Below are positions 31,837 to 42,531 of a DNA stretch of 64,000 nt, in pieces. Position 1 is the first letter of the stretch, and each line of letters begins with the position of its first letter. The position numbers and the translations under genes are program-made. Below the pieces are notes generated by a model. It was not told the origin of the DNA. It made no database searches and saw nothing but the letters and a program-made list of their open reading frames with translations. This DNA comes from an uncultured Gammaproteobacteria bacterium (GTDB taxonomy: Bacteria; Pseudomonadota; Gammaproteobacteria; Xanthomonadales; Rhodanobacteraceae). The stretch is from assembly GCA_963814225.1 (NCBI GenBank), contig CAWFCC010000016.1:18144-82143 (forward strand). Reading direction: 5' to 3'.

Positions 31837-32389
31837 TTATTTTCCGGTCAGAACGAGATGCCCGTGCACGGCGACGTCTTTGCCGATATCGGCCCAGTCG
31901 CTGCCGCTGCCGAGTCCGAAATCGAGACGATTGAGCGTCGTGTCGACATCGAGCGTGCCGCTGTCGCCGCTGGCGACGAACTTCACTTTCAGCGTGACGG
32001 GTTTGGTCGTGCTGCGGATCGTGAGCTGGCCTTTCGCTTCGAGTCCGCCGTCGGCGCCTTTGCCGAACGATTCGGTGACGAAATGCGCCTGCGGATATTT
32101 CGCGGGATCGAAGAAATCCGGCGTGCGCAGTGTGTCGTCGCGTTCGGCGCTGCCGCTGTCGATGCTGGCGATGTCGACTTTCACGTCGAAGCTGTCCTTC
32201 GAAACGTCGGTGTCGTCGAGCTTGATCGACGGCGTCGAACTTCTTGAATTTTCCTTCGAACGGACCGTTCTGGTACGTGTCCTTGAAGGTCAGCGAACTT
32301 TTCGCGTAGTCGACTTGCCAGTCACGGGCGCTTGCCGTGATCGGCAGCAGGATGAAGATTGACAATGGGATTAGCAGGCGTCGGTTCAT
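31837..32389 (-). CDS. YceI family protein (frameshift)
   Basis: Signal peptide, WQVDYAKSSLTF, RDDTLRTPDFFDPAKYP, LNRLDFGLG. Confidence 0.9.
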
Positions 32390-33006
32390 CGGTAAGCTCC
32401 GGTAACGTCGGTTCGGGTGATACGGACGGTGGGGGCGGGCGGCGGCGTTGCAACGACGCGGGCCACATGCGCGCGAGTACGCCGTCCTTCGAAACGAACT
32501 GATGATACAGCGCGATCAGCGCATGTCCGGCGGCGACGGCGACGAGCGCCCAGAACAGATATTCGTGCCGTGCGGCGGCGATTTCTTTCAGGTCCGGTAT
32601 GGTCGGATCGGGTCCACCCAGATGCGGCACTTCGAACAGGCCCCAGAAATACAGCGGACGCAAGCGCGGCGACGGAGTCGTACCACCAGCCCGACAACGG
32701 CACCAGAAAAAGCAGGATGTACAGCAGCGCATGGCCGAGCTTCGCGCCGGTGACGTGCCAGCGCGACATACCGGACGGCGCGTCCGGACGTGTGTCGAAC
32801 AATTTCCAAGCGATGCGCAGAACGGCGAGCGCGAAAATGGTCAATCCCAGCGATTTGTGGAAGGTGAAATACGGAATCACCTTCGGACTTTTCGGCAAGT
32901 CCACCATGATCAGACCGATCGCCGCCTGCACGAGAATGCAGACCACGATCGTCCAGTGGAATAACTTGGCGAGACTGCCCCAGTGTTCGCGATCGCCTCT
33001 GATCAT
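32386..33006 (-). CDS. Cytochrome b561 (frameshifted; exact end uncertain)
   Basis: FHW, HKSLG, GHALLY, PLSGW, HE, GHALIALYHQF..DGVLARM. Confidence 0.9.
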   Translation of the reverse strand: MIRGDREHWGSLAKLFHWTIVVCILVQAAIGLIMVDLPKSPKVIPYFTFHKSLGLTIFALAVLRIAWKLFDTRPDAPSGMSRWHVTGAKLGHALLYILLFLVPLSGWWYDSVAALASAVFLGPVRSAASGWTRSDHTGPERNRRRTARISVLGARRRRRRTCADRAVSSVRFEGRRTRAHVARVVATPPPAPTVRITRTDVTGAYR

Positions 33007-33605
33007 TCGTGCGCCTCGGTTGTGTTGGCTTTTTTCTCGGCGTCGCCGTCGCGCACGCCTTCGACTTCAATGTGGACCGTGACGTCGTCGCCGATGCTTT
33101 CCGGACTGCGCGTGAGTCCGAACGACGAGCGCCTGAATTTGGCATCGGCGGAAAATCCGGCGATGTAGCGCATCGTGTAGCCATCGATGCCGGCGCGGTT
33201 GAACGTGATCTTCAGATCGACCGGTTGCTTGCGGCCGAGCATCGTCAGTTCGCCGTGAGCGACGCCGGTTTTGTCACCGGTTTTCTCGACGGACTTGCTG
33301 ATGAAACGCGCGGTCGGATAGGTGTGCGCATCCAGATACGCGGATTTCACCTTGTCACTCCAGCCGGCGTTGCCGAGATCGAGCGAGCCGATATCGATCG
33401 TCGCATCGACTTTCGCCTTGCTCCAGTCGTCGTTGTCGAACGCGAAGAAGCCATCCTTGATCGCGAAGCGGCCCATCGATTGCGAATAGCCCTGATGGCC
33501 GATCGAGAAGAACACCTGACTGTGCACGGGATCGAAACGGAAATCGCTCGCGCAACCAAGCGAGCAGACACCGATTCCGGCGAGGGCGATGACGATACGA
33601 CGCAT
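33003..33605 (-). CDS. YceI family protein
   Basis: FDPVHSQVFFSIGHQGYS, GELTMLG, RSSFGL, IEVEG. Confidence 0.92.
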   Translation of the reverse strand: MRRIVIALAGIGVCSLGCASDFRFDPVHSQVFFSIGHQGYSQSMGRFAIKDGFFAFDNDDWSKAKVDATIDIGSLDLGNAGWSDKVKSAYLDAHTYPTARFISKSVEKTGDKTGVAHGELTMLGRKQPVDLKITFNRAGIDGYTMRYIAGFSADAKFRRSSFGLTRSPESIGDDVTVHIEVEGVRDGDAEKKANTTEAHE

Positions 33606-33692
33606 GTGAATCTCCTTTGAGCAATGTGCCACGTTCCGTCGCGCCGAACCAGTTGCATGCGTGGAACGCTGCGTCATGGCAGACCGCTGCGG

Positions 33693-35156
33693 TCAGTCCG
33701 ATATTTCCCGATCCAGCGCCAGCTTGGCGATGGATCGCATACGTTCGGCACCTGCCTCCGACAACAGGCGCGACATGGCGTTCCCGGCCGCGGTGCTGTC
33801 GAGCGCGTGCTGATCGCGCAGCGTGATGGCGACGGCGCGGCCGAGGCTGTCGACGAGCAGCCCATAGGCGATCGCGTGCAGCGCGCCGCCGCCGAGCGTG
33901 CCGAGTCCCGGAAACGCCTTCAGCGCGTTCCCCGCAATCGCGAGCACGATCGAGGTGCTCGTGCGCACGGTGAGTTTGATGTGACTCAAGAATTTGTCGA
34001 TGTCCACATCGCGCACCGCGACGCCGAACAGCTTCGCAAGCTCGCGGATCAACGCGGTACCGAGCACGCCCTGAATGACGAGATCGCTGCCCGGCACGAC
34101 GGCTGCGAGCGCGCCGATCACCGCGCGCCGCGTGTATTTCGTGACGATCGCCGCAGCTTCGCGATCGCGCGCATCGTTCACCAATGTGTCGGCCTTGCCC
34201 GCGAGCGACGTCAACACGGCGGCTTCGCGCGAGGGTTCGAGCGCGGATGTGCCGAGCTTCGCAAAACCGGCGAGCAGTTTCTTCAATGACGCGATATCCG
34301 GCAGCCGCTCGCGTTCGACGGTTTCGCGCCGACCATCGGCGAGCTGACGTTCGAAACGTTCAACGCCGCCGGCGCTGACGACGATCTGCGCGTCGGTGAC
34401 ATCGCCATAACGCTCGCGCAGAGCGCGCAACAATGACTCGCGCTCGCGCGCTTCGAACTGATCGGCCTTGTTGAGCACGAGCACCGTCGGCTTGCCGAAA
34501 CCGTGCAGCCAGCGCAGTTCGGCATCCTGATCGCGCGTGAGATCGCTGGCGCATACATAGATGACGACATGCGCGCGCAACGCTTCGTCGCGTGCGAGCT
34601 GCTCGCGCGCAACGCCGGATACTTCGTGCGATCCGGGCACATCGGCGAATGTCATCGCATCGTTGCGGAAATGCGTGATGGCGCGCGTCGTGCCGCCAAT
34701 CACATCGACTTCGGGTTCCGCATGCGGCGCCAGCGCGCGGATCAGACTCGATTTTCCCGCACTGATTTCGCCGAACACCGCGACATAAAATTCCTCGTCG
34801 CGCGCGCGGCGGTCGAGTTCCTCGAGTTCGTTCTGCAACGCCGCGGTGTCGGCGTGTTTCTCGCGCAGATCGATCAGACGCAGATCGATTTCCGCGCGCG
34901 ACGGCGGCGCTTTCGGCATTGCTTTCGGTTTCCGCGGACCGAAGAAATACCAAATGATCGCCACGACACCGATCGCCGCGGCCGCGAGCGCCAGCGCGAC
35001 GAGCCATTGCAACAACATCGGCAGATCGCGCACGTCGTGCCACAGCGCGATGCCGCTGCGCAGCGCACCGAACATCACCCACAGCAATCCGCCCAACGCG
35101 AGCGCGAAAATCGCGATGAGGATGAGACGCAACGGACGCGAAGCGGACGGCATCAT
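33693..35156 (-). CDS. P-loop GTPase with two N-terminal TM helices and DUF697-like C-terminus
   Basis: G1 GEISAGKS, G3 DVPG, G4 NKAD; paralog of 30493..31833. Confidence 0.85.
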   Translation of the reverse strand: MMPSASRPLRLILIAIFALALGGLLWVMFGALRSGIALWHDVRDLPMLLQWLVALALAAAAIGVVAIIWYFFGPRKPKAMPKAPPSRAEIDLRLIDLREKHADTAALQNELEELDRRARDEEFYVAVFGEISAGKSSLIRALAPHAEPEVDVIGGTTRAITHFRNDAMTFADVPGSHEVSGVAREQLARDEALRAHVVIYVCASDLTRDQDAELRWLHGFGKPTVLVLNKADQFEARERESLLRALRERYGDVTDAQIVVSAGGVERFERQLADGRRETVERERLPDIASLKKLLAGFAKLGTSALEPSREAAVLTSLAGKADTLVNDARDREAAAIVTKYTRRAVIGALAAVVPGSDLVIQGVLGTALIRELAKLFGVAVRDVDIDKFLSHIKLTVRTSTSIVLAIAGNALKAFPGLGTLGGGALHAIAYGLLVDSLGRAVAITLRDQHALDSTAAGNAMSRLLSEAGAERMRSIAKLALDREISD

Positions 35157-35214
35157 CCGATTCTACCGTGGCGGCGCAACCTTTCTGGCATGATCGCCGC
35201 GGGAAGGAGTTGCC

Positions 35215-38200
35215 ATGCGAAGGTTCGCCGCGGTCTGCATCTGGCTGGCCTGTGCGCTGTCGCCGGTCGCGCACGCGGCGGACGCGCTGCACCCGACGCC
35301 GTTGTTCCGCAAATTCGGCGTGGCGGAAGGATTGCCGTCGAGTTCGGTTCATCAGATCGCCGAGGACGCGCAGGGTTTTCTCTGGATCGCCACCGTCGAC
35401 GGATTGGCGCGCTATGACGGCACCGGTTTCCGCGTTTATCGCCACGATCCCGACGATCCGTCGTCGATCGCCGGCAACGACATCACGACGATTTTCATCG
35501 ACCGCGACGACCGCATCTGGTGCGGCCTCGAATCGCACGGGCTCGACATGCTCGATGCGTCGACGGCGTTCGTTCGTGCATTACGTCAACGATCCGGAAA
35601 ATCCCAAATCGCTGACCGCCGACGACGTGTGGAGCATCGGACAGGACGTCGACGGATCGCTGCTGTTCGGCACCGGCGGCAGCGGGCTGGAGCGCATGCG
35701 CGTCGTCGCCGGACATGCGGAATTCGCTCACGCGGCGCACGACGATCACGATGCGCGCAGCCTCACGTCCGACAAGATCGTGTCGATTTATACGGCGAAA
35801 AACGGCGAGCTGTGGATCGGCAGCGATTTCGGCCTCGACGTACGGCGCGACGGCGGTTACGCGCACGTCGATTTCAGCGCGGTGCGCAGCGACAAGGGAC
35901 GCCTCAACGTGCGCAAACTGCTGCAGCGCGACGACGGCACGATGCTCGCCGCGACGAATCGCGGACTTGTCGCCATCGACGCGCAGTTGAAAGCAAAACT
36001 CGTCGTCGGCGACGAACTCACGCACAAAGCCGTGTTCGCGTTTGCGCCCGACCGCGACGGCGGATTGTGGATCGGCACGCAACATGGCCTCAATCATCGC
36101 GACGAAGCGGGCAATCTCACCGGATTTCTCGCCAGCGAAACGCTGCCGGGAAGCATCACCGGCAATCTCATTTCCGACGTGATGTTCGATCACGAAGGCA
36201 ACCTGTGGGCGGGCAGTGACGACGGCGGCCTCATCCAACTTCCGTTGTTATGGCGAAACTTCAGCATGTTTCGACACGACGCGGGCGACGCGCACAGCCT
36301 GAGTTCCAGCCGCGCGCAAGGTTTGAGCGTCGATTCGTCGGGCGCGATCTGGGCGGTGAATCTGGACGGCGGTATCGATCGGCTCGATCCGGCGACCGGG
36401 TTCGTCGAACGCTTCGCCGAACATCTCGCGTCGCCGACCTCGAAAGGATTGTTCGCCGCTGTCGCCGACGATCGTCATCGACTCTGGCTCGGCCACGCCG
36501 CCGGCGCGCGCATTTATGATCTGAGCAACGACACGTTCCGCGATATCGCCGTCGATGCGGACCGCACCGATGCACTCGGCGGCGGCATCGTCGCGTTCGC
36601 CGAAGCCGGCTGGGGCGATGTGGGCGGCGTCGAACGCGCGCGGATTGCACCGCATCGATCCGGATACGTTGCGCGTGCGCAAATATCTCGCCGACGCGCA
36701 CGATCTGCGCAGTGACGACATCAATCGGATCGGCGTCGATCCCGATGGCGTTCTTCTGGTCGGCAGCGCGGCCGGTCTTGATCGTTACAACGCAGCGACC
36801 GATCGATTCGAGCCGGTCGCAGGAATTCCCGACGGCACCGTCGATCGAATTCGCGTTCGCGCGCGATGGATCGCTGTGGCTGCTCGAAGACGGCGCGCTC
36901 GAACATTTCTGTCCACCTTCGCGCTGCAAGAATTACAAATCCCTCGCGCGCTACACGAGCGCGGACGGCTGGCCGAGCGCGACGTTCACCGGCATGCAGG
37001 TCGATGCGAACGGCATCGTTTGGGCGGCGGGTCCGCGCGGGTTATGGCGTTACGATCCAGCGAACCGCCAAGTTCGCCTGTTCGGCACGCAGGATGGTTT
37101 GATCAGCGTCGAATTCAATGACGCCGCGCTCGTGCAGCGTGCGGACGGCACACTGTTCGGCGCGACGCTCGCCGGGATTGTCGGCTTCGCGCCGGACCGT
37201 CTTTCGGAAAACGTGCAGGCGCCGAAGCTGGTTCTCGACGGTGCCACCGTAATGCGCGAAGGTCATGCGGTTGCGCTCGACGTCGCTCGCCCGATCGCGC
37301 TCGACTGGGCGGATCGCAATCTCACCTTCGATGCGCGCGCGTTGTCGTACGTGAATCCGGCGGGCAATCGTTATCGGTGGAAGCTCGAAGGCTACGACAC
37401 CGACTGGATCGACACGGCGCATCGCGGCGAACGCGTGTTCTCGCAGTTGCCCGGCGGCGACTACACGTTGCGCGTGCGTGCCGCGAACGCGAGCGGCGTA
37501 TGGACCGAGTTGGCTTCGCCGGTTTCCGTCGCGCAATCGCCGCCGCCCTGGCTCACGAAGTGGGCGTTCGCCGCGTACGCCGTACTCGCGGCGCTCGGCG
37601 CGGCGCTCGTCACGCGTGCGTATCGCCGAGCGTCTCGACCGCCGCTATGCATTCGAACTGGCGCAGCAACAGCGCACGTTCGCCGAACAGTCGAACGCGG
37701 CGAAATCCGATTTTCTCGCCACGATGGGCCACGAAATCCGCACGCCGATGACCGGCGTGCTCGGCATGGCCGAACTGTTGCTGCGCACGCCGCTCGATTC
37801 GTCGCAACGCGGATTCGCCGAAGCGATCCAGGATTCCGGCCGCGTGCTGCTTGCGGCTCGTCAACGATTCGCTCGATCTCGCGCGCATCGAAGCCGGCAA
37901 GCTCGAACTCGAAGAAAAGCCATTCGACCTGCACGCGCTGGTGCGACACATCGAAGTGCTGGAGCGTCCGATCGCCGAAGCGAAGAGGACTTTCGTTTTC
38001 GGTCAGCGTCGCCGCGGATGTTCCGCATCACGTGCGCGGCGATGCGGTGCGCATCGAACAAGTCGTACTCAATCTGATCAACAACGCGATCAAGTTCAGT
38101 GAGCGCGGCGACGTGTCGCTCGACGTTGTCGATTGCCGGCGCCGACGTGGTCTTCACCGTTCGCGACAGCGGCCCGGGCATTTCGCCGGACATGCGCGCG

Positions 38201-38803
38201 CGTCTGTTTCAGCGTTTCGAACAGGCCGATGGTCCGCAACGCCGCGCCGGCAGCGGACTTGGGTCTTGCGATCTGTCGCGAGCTGGTGACGCGCATGGGC
38301 GGACGCATCGAGATGGACAGCGAGGTCGGCGTCGGCAGCACGTTTCGCGTGTCGCTGCCGTTGCGCCGAAGTCGCTGCCGGCGGCGAAGGCAAGCGCGCC
38401 GCGCGCGACGCATCGCCGCACGCACGCCGCGTCCTGCTGGTCGAAGACGACGCCACCGTCGCCGCGGTGATCGCCGGCCTGCTGCGCGCGAGCGGTCACG
38501 ATGTCGTGCACGTCGCCAATGGGCTCGCGGCGCTTTCCGAAAGCGGCGACATCGCGTTTCGACATCGCGCTGATCGATCTGGATTTGCCCGGCGTCGACG
38601 GCCTCGCGCTCGCGCGCCTGCTGCGCGCGCAGGAAACCGGCACGCGCATGCCGATGATCGGCATCAGCGCGCGCTCGGTCGGCGACGAGGAGCGGCTCTG
38701 CCTCGATGCCGGCATGGACGCGTTCCTGCGCAAGCCCGTCACCGGCGCAATGCTTGACGAAAGTCTCGCCGCGATATTTTCGACACCGTTAGAATCGGCG
38801 TAA
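35215..38803 (+). CDS. Hybrid sensor histidine kinase with periplasmic beta-propeller/Y_Y_Y region (multiple frameshifts)
   Basis: [20 protein letters not shown] repeats; YRWKLEGYD...[11 protein letters not shown]; [17 protein letters not shown]; NAIKFS; DSGPG; receiver IDLDLPG...FLRKP. Confidence 0.9.
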
Positions 38804-38836
38804 TCGAAGCAGCCGTCCGCCGCCGAGGAGCCAGCC

Positions 38837-39846
38837 ATGCAGCCGTACATGATGATCAGCAACCGCAATCGCGATGGCGACGGACTCGGCAGCGATCTTT
38901 CGGCGCTGACTTTTTACACCGCCGACGGCGTCGGCCGATCCGAAATCGCTGCACACGCTGTCGGCATGGACGAAAGTCACGCGCGCCGCGTTCATCGCGC
39001 AGCTCAAGGATATCGCCGACAGCTTTTCCGCTGGTGCCGGATTGCCGGAACGAATAGCAAAGTCATCTGTGCTTGTTCGTGCATGGTTTCAACACGAGCT
39101 GGACCGATGCAGTCGACGACTATCTCGACGTGAAGAACAGTCTGATCGAACCGGCCAATCTCGGTTTGACGGTGCTGTATTCGTGGCCGTCGAAAGGCAG
39201 CATCGCCGGTTATCTGCCGGATCGCGAAGGAGCGCGCGAATCGGCGCCGGATCTCGCGCAACTTTTCGTCGATCTCAACGATTATCTGGTCAAGAAGCAG
39301 CGCATCGCCGCCACCAGCAACGATCCGGAAAAGTTGTGCAAGGCCAAAGTCTCCGTGATCGCGCACAGCATGGGCGCTTTCGTTCTACAGAATGCGCTCG
39401 CCGCTGCGTCGAAGCGCATGAACAATCCGCAGCTCGTGAGCCTGATCAATCAACTGGTTCTCATCGCGGCGGATATCGACAACGATCTGTTCCAGCTCGA
39501 CAAGCCGCTCGATGGCGACGGTTCGCTGATGGCGAACCTGTGCTATCGCATCGCCGCGTTGTATACGGGCCTCGATTCCGTGCTCGGCATGTCGGCCGGA
39601 CTCAAGCACTTCGGAACGCGACGCCTCGGCCGCAGCGGTTTGTCCGATCGCACCAAAGTGTTCGACAACGTTTTCGATTTCGACATTACGCCGTACATCA
39701 ATCGGCAGGACGAATCGATTCATTCCGCCGTGTTCGATTCGGCGCCGGCGATCGACATCGTCGAAAACATCCTGCGCGGCATCGATCGCAACTACATCGC
39801 GCAAGGCATCAGCCCGTTCGTGCAGGCCGTCGTGCAACCCGCCTGA
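38837..39846 (+). CDS. Alpha/beta hydrolase (DUF900-like; frameshifts in the 5' part)
   Basis: FVHGFN, YSWPS, IAHSMG nucleophile elbow, AADID. Confidence 0.82.
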
Positions 39847-40127
39847 GGCTTATCGGTGCGCGATGCACGCGCACTGCCATTCAGAATCTATCCTCTTTGA
39901 GTGCGCGGTGGCGGGCACATCGCGGCGTTCCTGAACGCGCCGGAACATTAAGAAAGAATTTTATTTGTCGTTCATCCGCGCGCACTTAGCCTGATACCCG
40001 GAGTCGTCGCCGCGCACGCCCATCGAACGCGCGGCCAACACGATGGAAGGAAAGAACGAGGAAACGTTCGGATTTCCACGGCCACACCAAGCGCCGTCTC
40101 CCTCTGACTAATGCAAAGGAGAATGAC

Positions 40128-40760
40128 ATGACGAAGTATCACAACATCGCCAAGACCGCAGCTATCGCGCTCGCCATCGGCGCCGCGCTGCCGGCGTTCG
40201 CCCATGCCGACGAGGTGATCACCAGCGACGGTGCGCACCACTATGTGTACTACAAGGATCACGACATCTATTTTTCGCCCGACACCAAGACGTACTTCTG
40301 GAACGACGGACGTCGCTGGCAATCGGCTGTCGTGCTGCCGCCCGAACAGCAGCGCTACGTGACCACCGGTGGCGTGGACATTTCGCTCGACACCGACCGT
40401 CCGTATGAGCGCAATGACATGGTCGTCGCCAAATATCGCGACGTTCCGACCACGACGCGTGAAACATCCACGCGCATGAACGAAGACGGTTCGACCACCA
40501 CCACGACGACCACCACCACGCAGCACAACTACGTCTATTACGGTTCGCACGACATCTACTTCTCGCCGGATACCAAGGTGTATTACTGGAAGACGGCGGA
40601 TGGTTCGTGGTCGTCAGGCACGGCGCTGCCGGCCGATCGCGTGGCCTATGTGCGTGAGGGAGGAGTTACGATCAAGCTCGATACGGATAAGCCGTATACG
40701 CGGAATGATTATGTGATTGCGCATTATCGGACGCGGCCGTATGACCGGGATAATCAGTAA
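40128..40760 (+). CDS. Exported protein with two tandem Tyr-rich domains
   Basis: AGGAGA RBS; signal peptide ending AHA; two copies of YVYYxxHDIYFSPDTKxYxW...GGVxIxLDTDxPYxRNDxVxAxYR separated by a poly-Thr linker. Confidence 0.85.
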   Translation: MTKYHNIAKTAAIALAIGAALPAFAHADEVITSDGAHHYVYYKDHDIYFSPDTKTYFWNDGRRWQSAVVLPPEQQRYVTTGGVDISLDTDRPYERNDMVVAKYRDVPTTTRETSTRMNEDGSTTTTTTTTTQHNYVYYGSHDIYFSPDTKVYYWKTADGSWSSGTALPADRVAYVREGGVTIKLDTDKPYTRNDYVIAHYRTRPYDRDNQ

Positions 40761-40821
40761 TAAGTGATCGACAGATTGGTAATCACTCGTTTTTGAGTGA
40801 CGAAATGGTTTGAAGGTTTCG

Positions 40822-40857
40822 AGAGCCTTCTCCCTCGCGGGAGGAGGCTCTTTTTTT
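40822..40857 (+). terminator. Rho-independent terminator
   Basis: AGAGCCTTCTCCC-tcgc-GGGAGGAGGCTCT followed by a T run. Confidence 0.88.
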
Positions 40858-40863
40858 GTGGCT

Positions 40864-40933
40864 CGTCATTCCAGCGGACGCTGGAATCCAGCTCTTGCTC
40901 TTGATCGTCATTCCCGCGGAAGCGGGAATCCAG
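40864..40933. repeat. Two tandem REP elements
   Basis: CGTCATTCCAGCGGACGCTGGAATCCAG and CGTCATTCCCGCGGAAGCGGGAATCCAG. Confidence 0.88.
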
Positions 40934-40961
40934 CGCCTTTGCTTTTCTCGTCTTTGAAGAA

Positions 40962-41439
40962 AAGAGCTTCCGCGATTGAATATCGCGGGTCACTTCTTTG
41001 CTGGTGCAAAGAAGTAACCAAGAAACACCTCTTTTTCTCCCATTGGACGTTGTCCGCGGAGAGCACGTCCCTGATGCTCGCCGCGGACCGCGCGCTTCCT
41101 GCGCGCGATCACCCTCGATCTGCGCCTGCGCGCGACTGGTCTAGAGAGTCTTGTAAAAATGACTGCACTAAGCGACTGGCGATGGGGCCGCAGGAGCTTT
41201 TCTTTTCCAGCCTCACCGCCTTTGGCTTAGTGCAGTCGTGAGTTACAAGACTCTTTCGACCAGTCGCCTGCAGGCTTGTATCGAGCTCACACGCGCGCAG
41301 GGATGCGCGCGTCCGCAGCCAGCAGCACGGACGTGCTGTCTGCGGACAGCGTCCACTGGGAGAAAAAAGATCGTTTTTTGGTGACTTTTTGCCGATCAGC
41401 AAAAAGTTACCCGCTAGCCGCAGGATAGCGGAAGCTCTT
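40962..41439. repeat. ~480-bp imperfect foldback (MITE-like or structured RNA) element
   Basis: Ends AAGAGCTTCCGC / GCGGAAGCTCTT; the arms pair along nearly their whole length, e.g. GACTGCACTAAGC / GCTTAGTGCAGTC and AGAGTCTTGTAA / TTACAAGACTCT. Confidence 0.88.
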
Positions 41440-41460
41440 ATCTAAAAACCAAAAAAAACC

Positions 41461-42508
41461 TCACCGCCGACTCAACGAATGCACAGCCTCAATCAAAACC
41501 CCGAGCCGCTCCGGCTCAACATCCGGCGTAATCCCATGCCCTAAATTAAACACATGCCCCGGGCCCGACACCAAAACTGTCGAGCGCCTTCTTCACTTCA
41601 CCGCGAATCGTCTCCGGATCCGCATGCAACACCGCCGGATCGACATTCCCCTGCAACGCCACGCGTGATCCAACGCGCCGCCGCGCTTCGCCCAGCGAAA
41701 TGGTCCAATCCAACCCAAGCGCCGCACAGCCCGTATCGGCAAGCACTTCGAGATGCGAGTTCGCCCCTTTGCTGAAAAGGATCAACGGCACGTCGCGTGC
41801 AACATTATCCCCTTGTATACTTTGCGCAATCTGCGCGAGATAGCGCAGGCTGAATTCGCGAAACATCTCCGGCGCGAGCAAACCACCCCAGGTGTCGAAC
41901 ACCATCAGCGCCTGCGCGCCGGCATTCGCCTGCGCGATCAGGTAGGCAGCAACCGACCGCGCCACGACATCGAGCAGACGATGCATCGTCGCGGCATCGT
42001 TCCACGCCAGCGCTTTCGCGCGCGCGAAGCTGGACGATCCTTCGCCTTCGATCATGTAGCACGCCAATGTCCACGGGCTGCCGGCGAATCCGATCAGCGG
42101 CACGCGGTCGTGGAGTTCGCGGCGGATCAGGCGCACGGCATCCATCACGTAACCGAGCGCGCTTTCCGGATCGGGCACGCCGAGCTTGTCGATGTCGGCG
42201 CGTGTGCGCACCGGATGCGCGAGCTTCGGGCCTTCGCCTTCGTGGACGGAAAGTCCGAGGCCCATCGCGTCGGGAATGGTGAGGATGTCGGAAAATAGAA
42301 TCGCCGCGTCGAGCGGGAAACGCGCAAGCGGTTGCAACGTTACTTCGCACGCGAGTTCCGGCGTCTTGCACAGTTTCACGAAACTGCCGGCGCGTGCGCG
42401 CGTGGCGCGATATTCGGGCAGATAGCGGCCGGCCTGGCGCATGATCCAGACGGGCGTGCAATCGACTTCTTCGCGCCTCAACGCGCGCAGGAAACGGTGA
42501 TCGGTCAT
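41461..42508 (-). CDS. hemE: Uroporphyrinogen decarboxylase (frameshift near 41560)
   Basis: [27 protein letters not shown]; alternate frame HVFNLGHGI...HSLSRR*. Confidence 0.96.
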
Positions 42509-42531
42509 GGAAATCCTTGAGAAGAAACGTT

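Noticed and set aside
39940-39975. GGAAC...CGTT general-stress sigma promoter upstream of 40128
   Set aside because: Spacing of about 22 nt is too long for that promoter class
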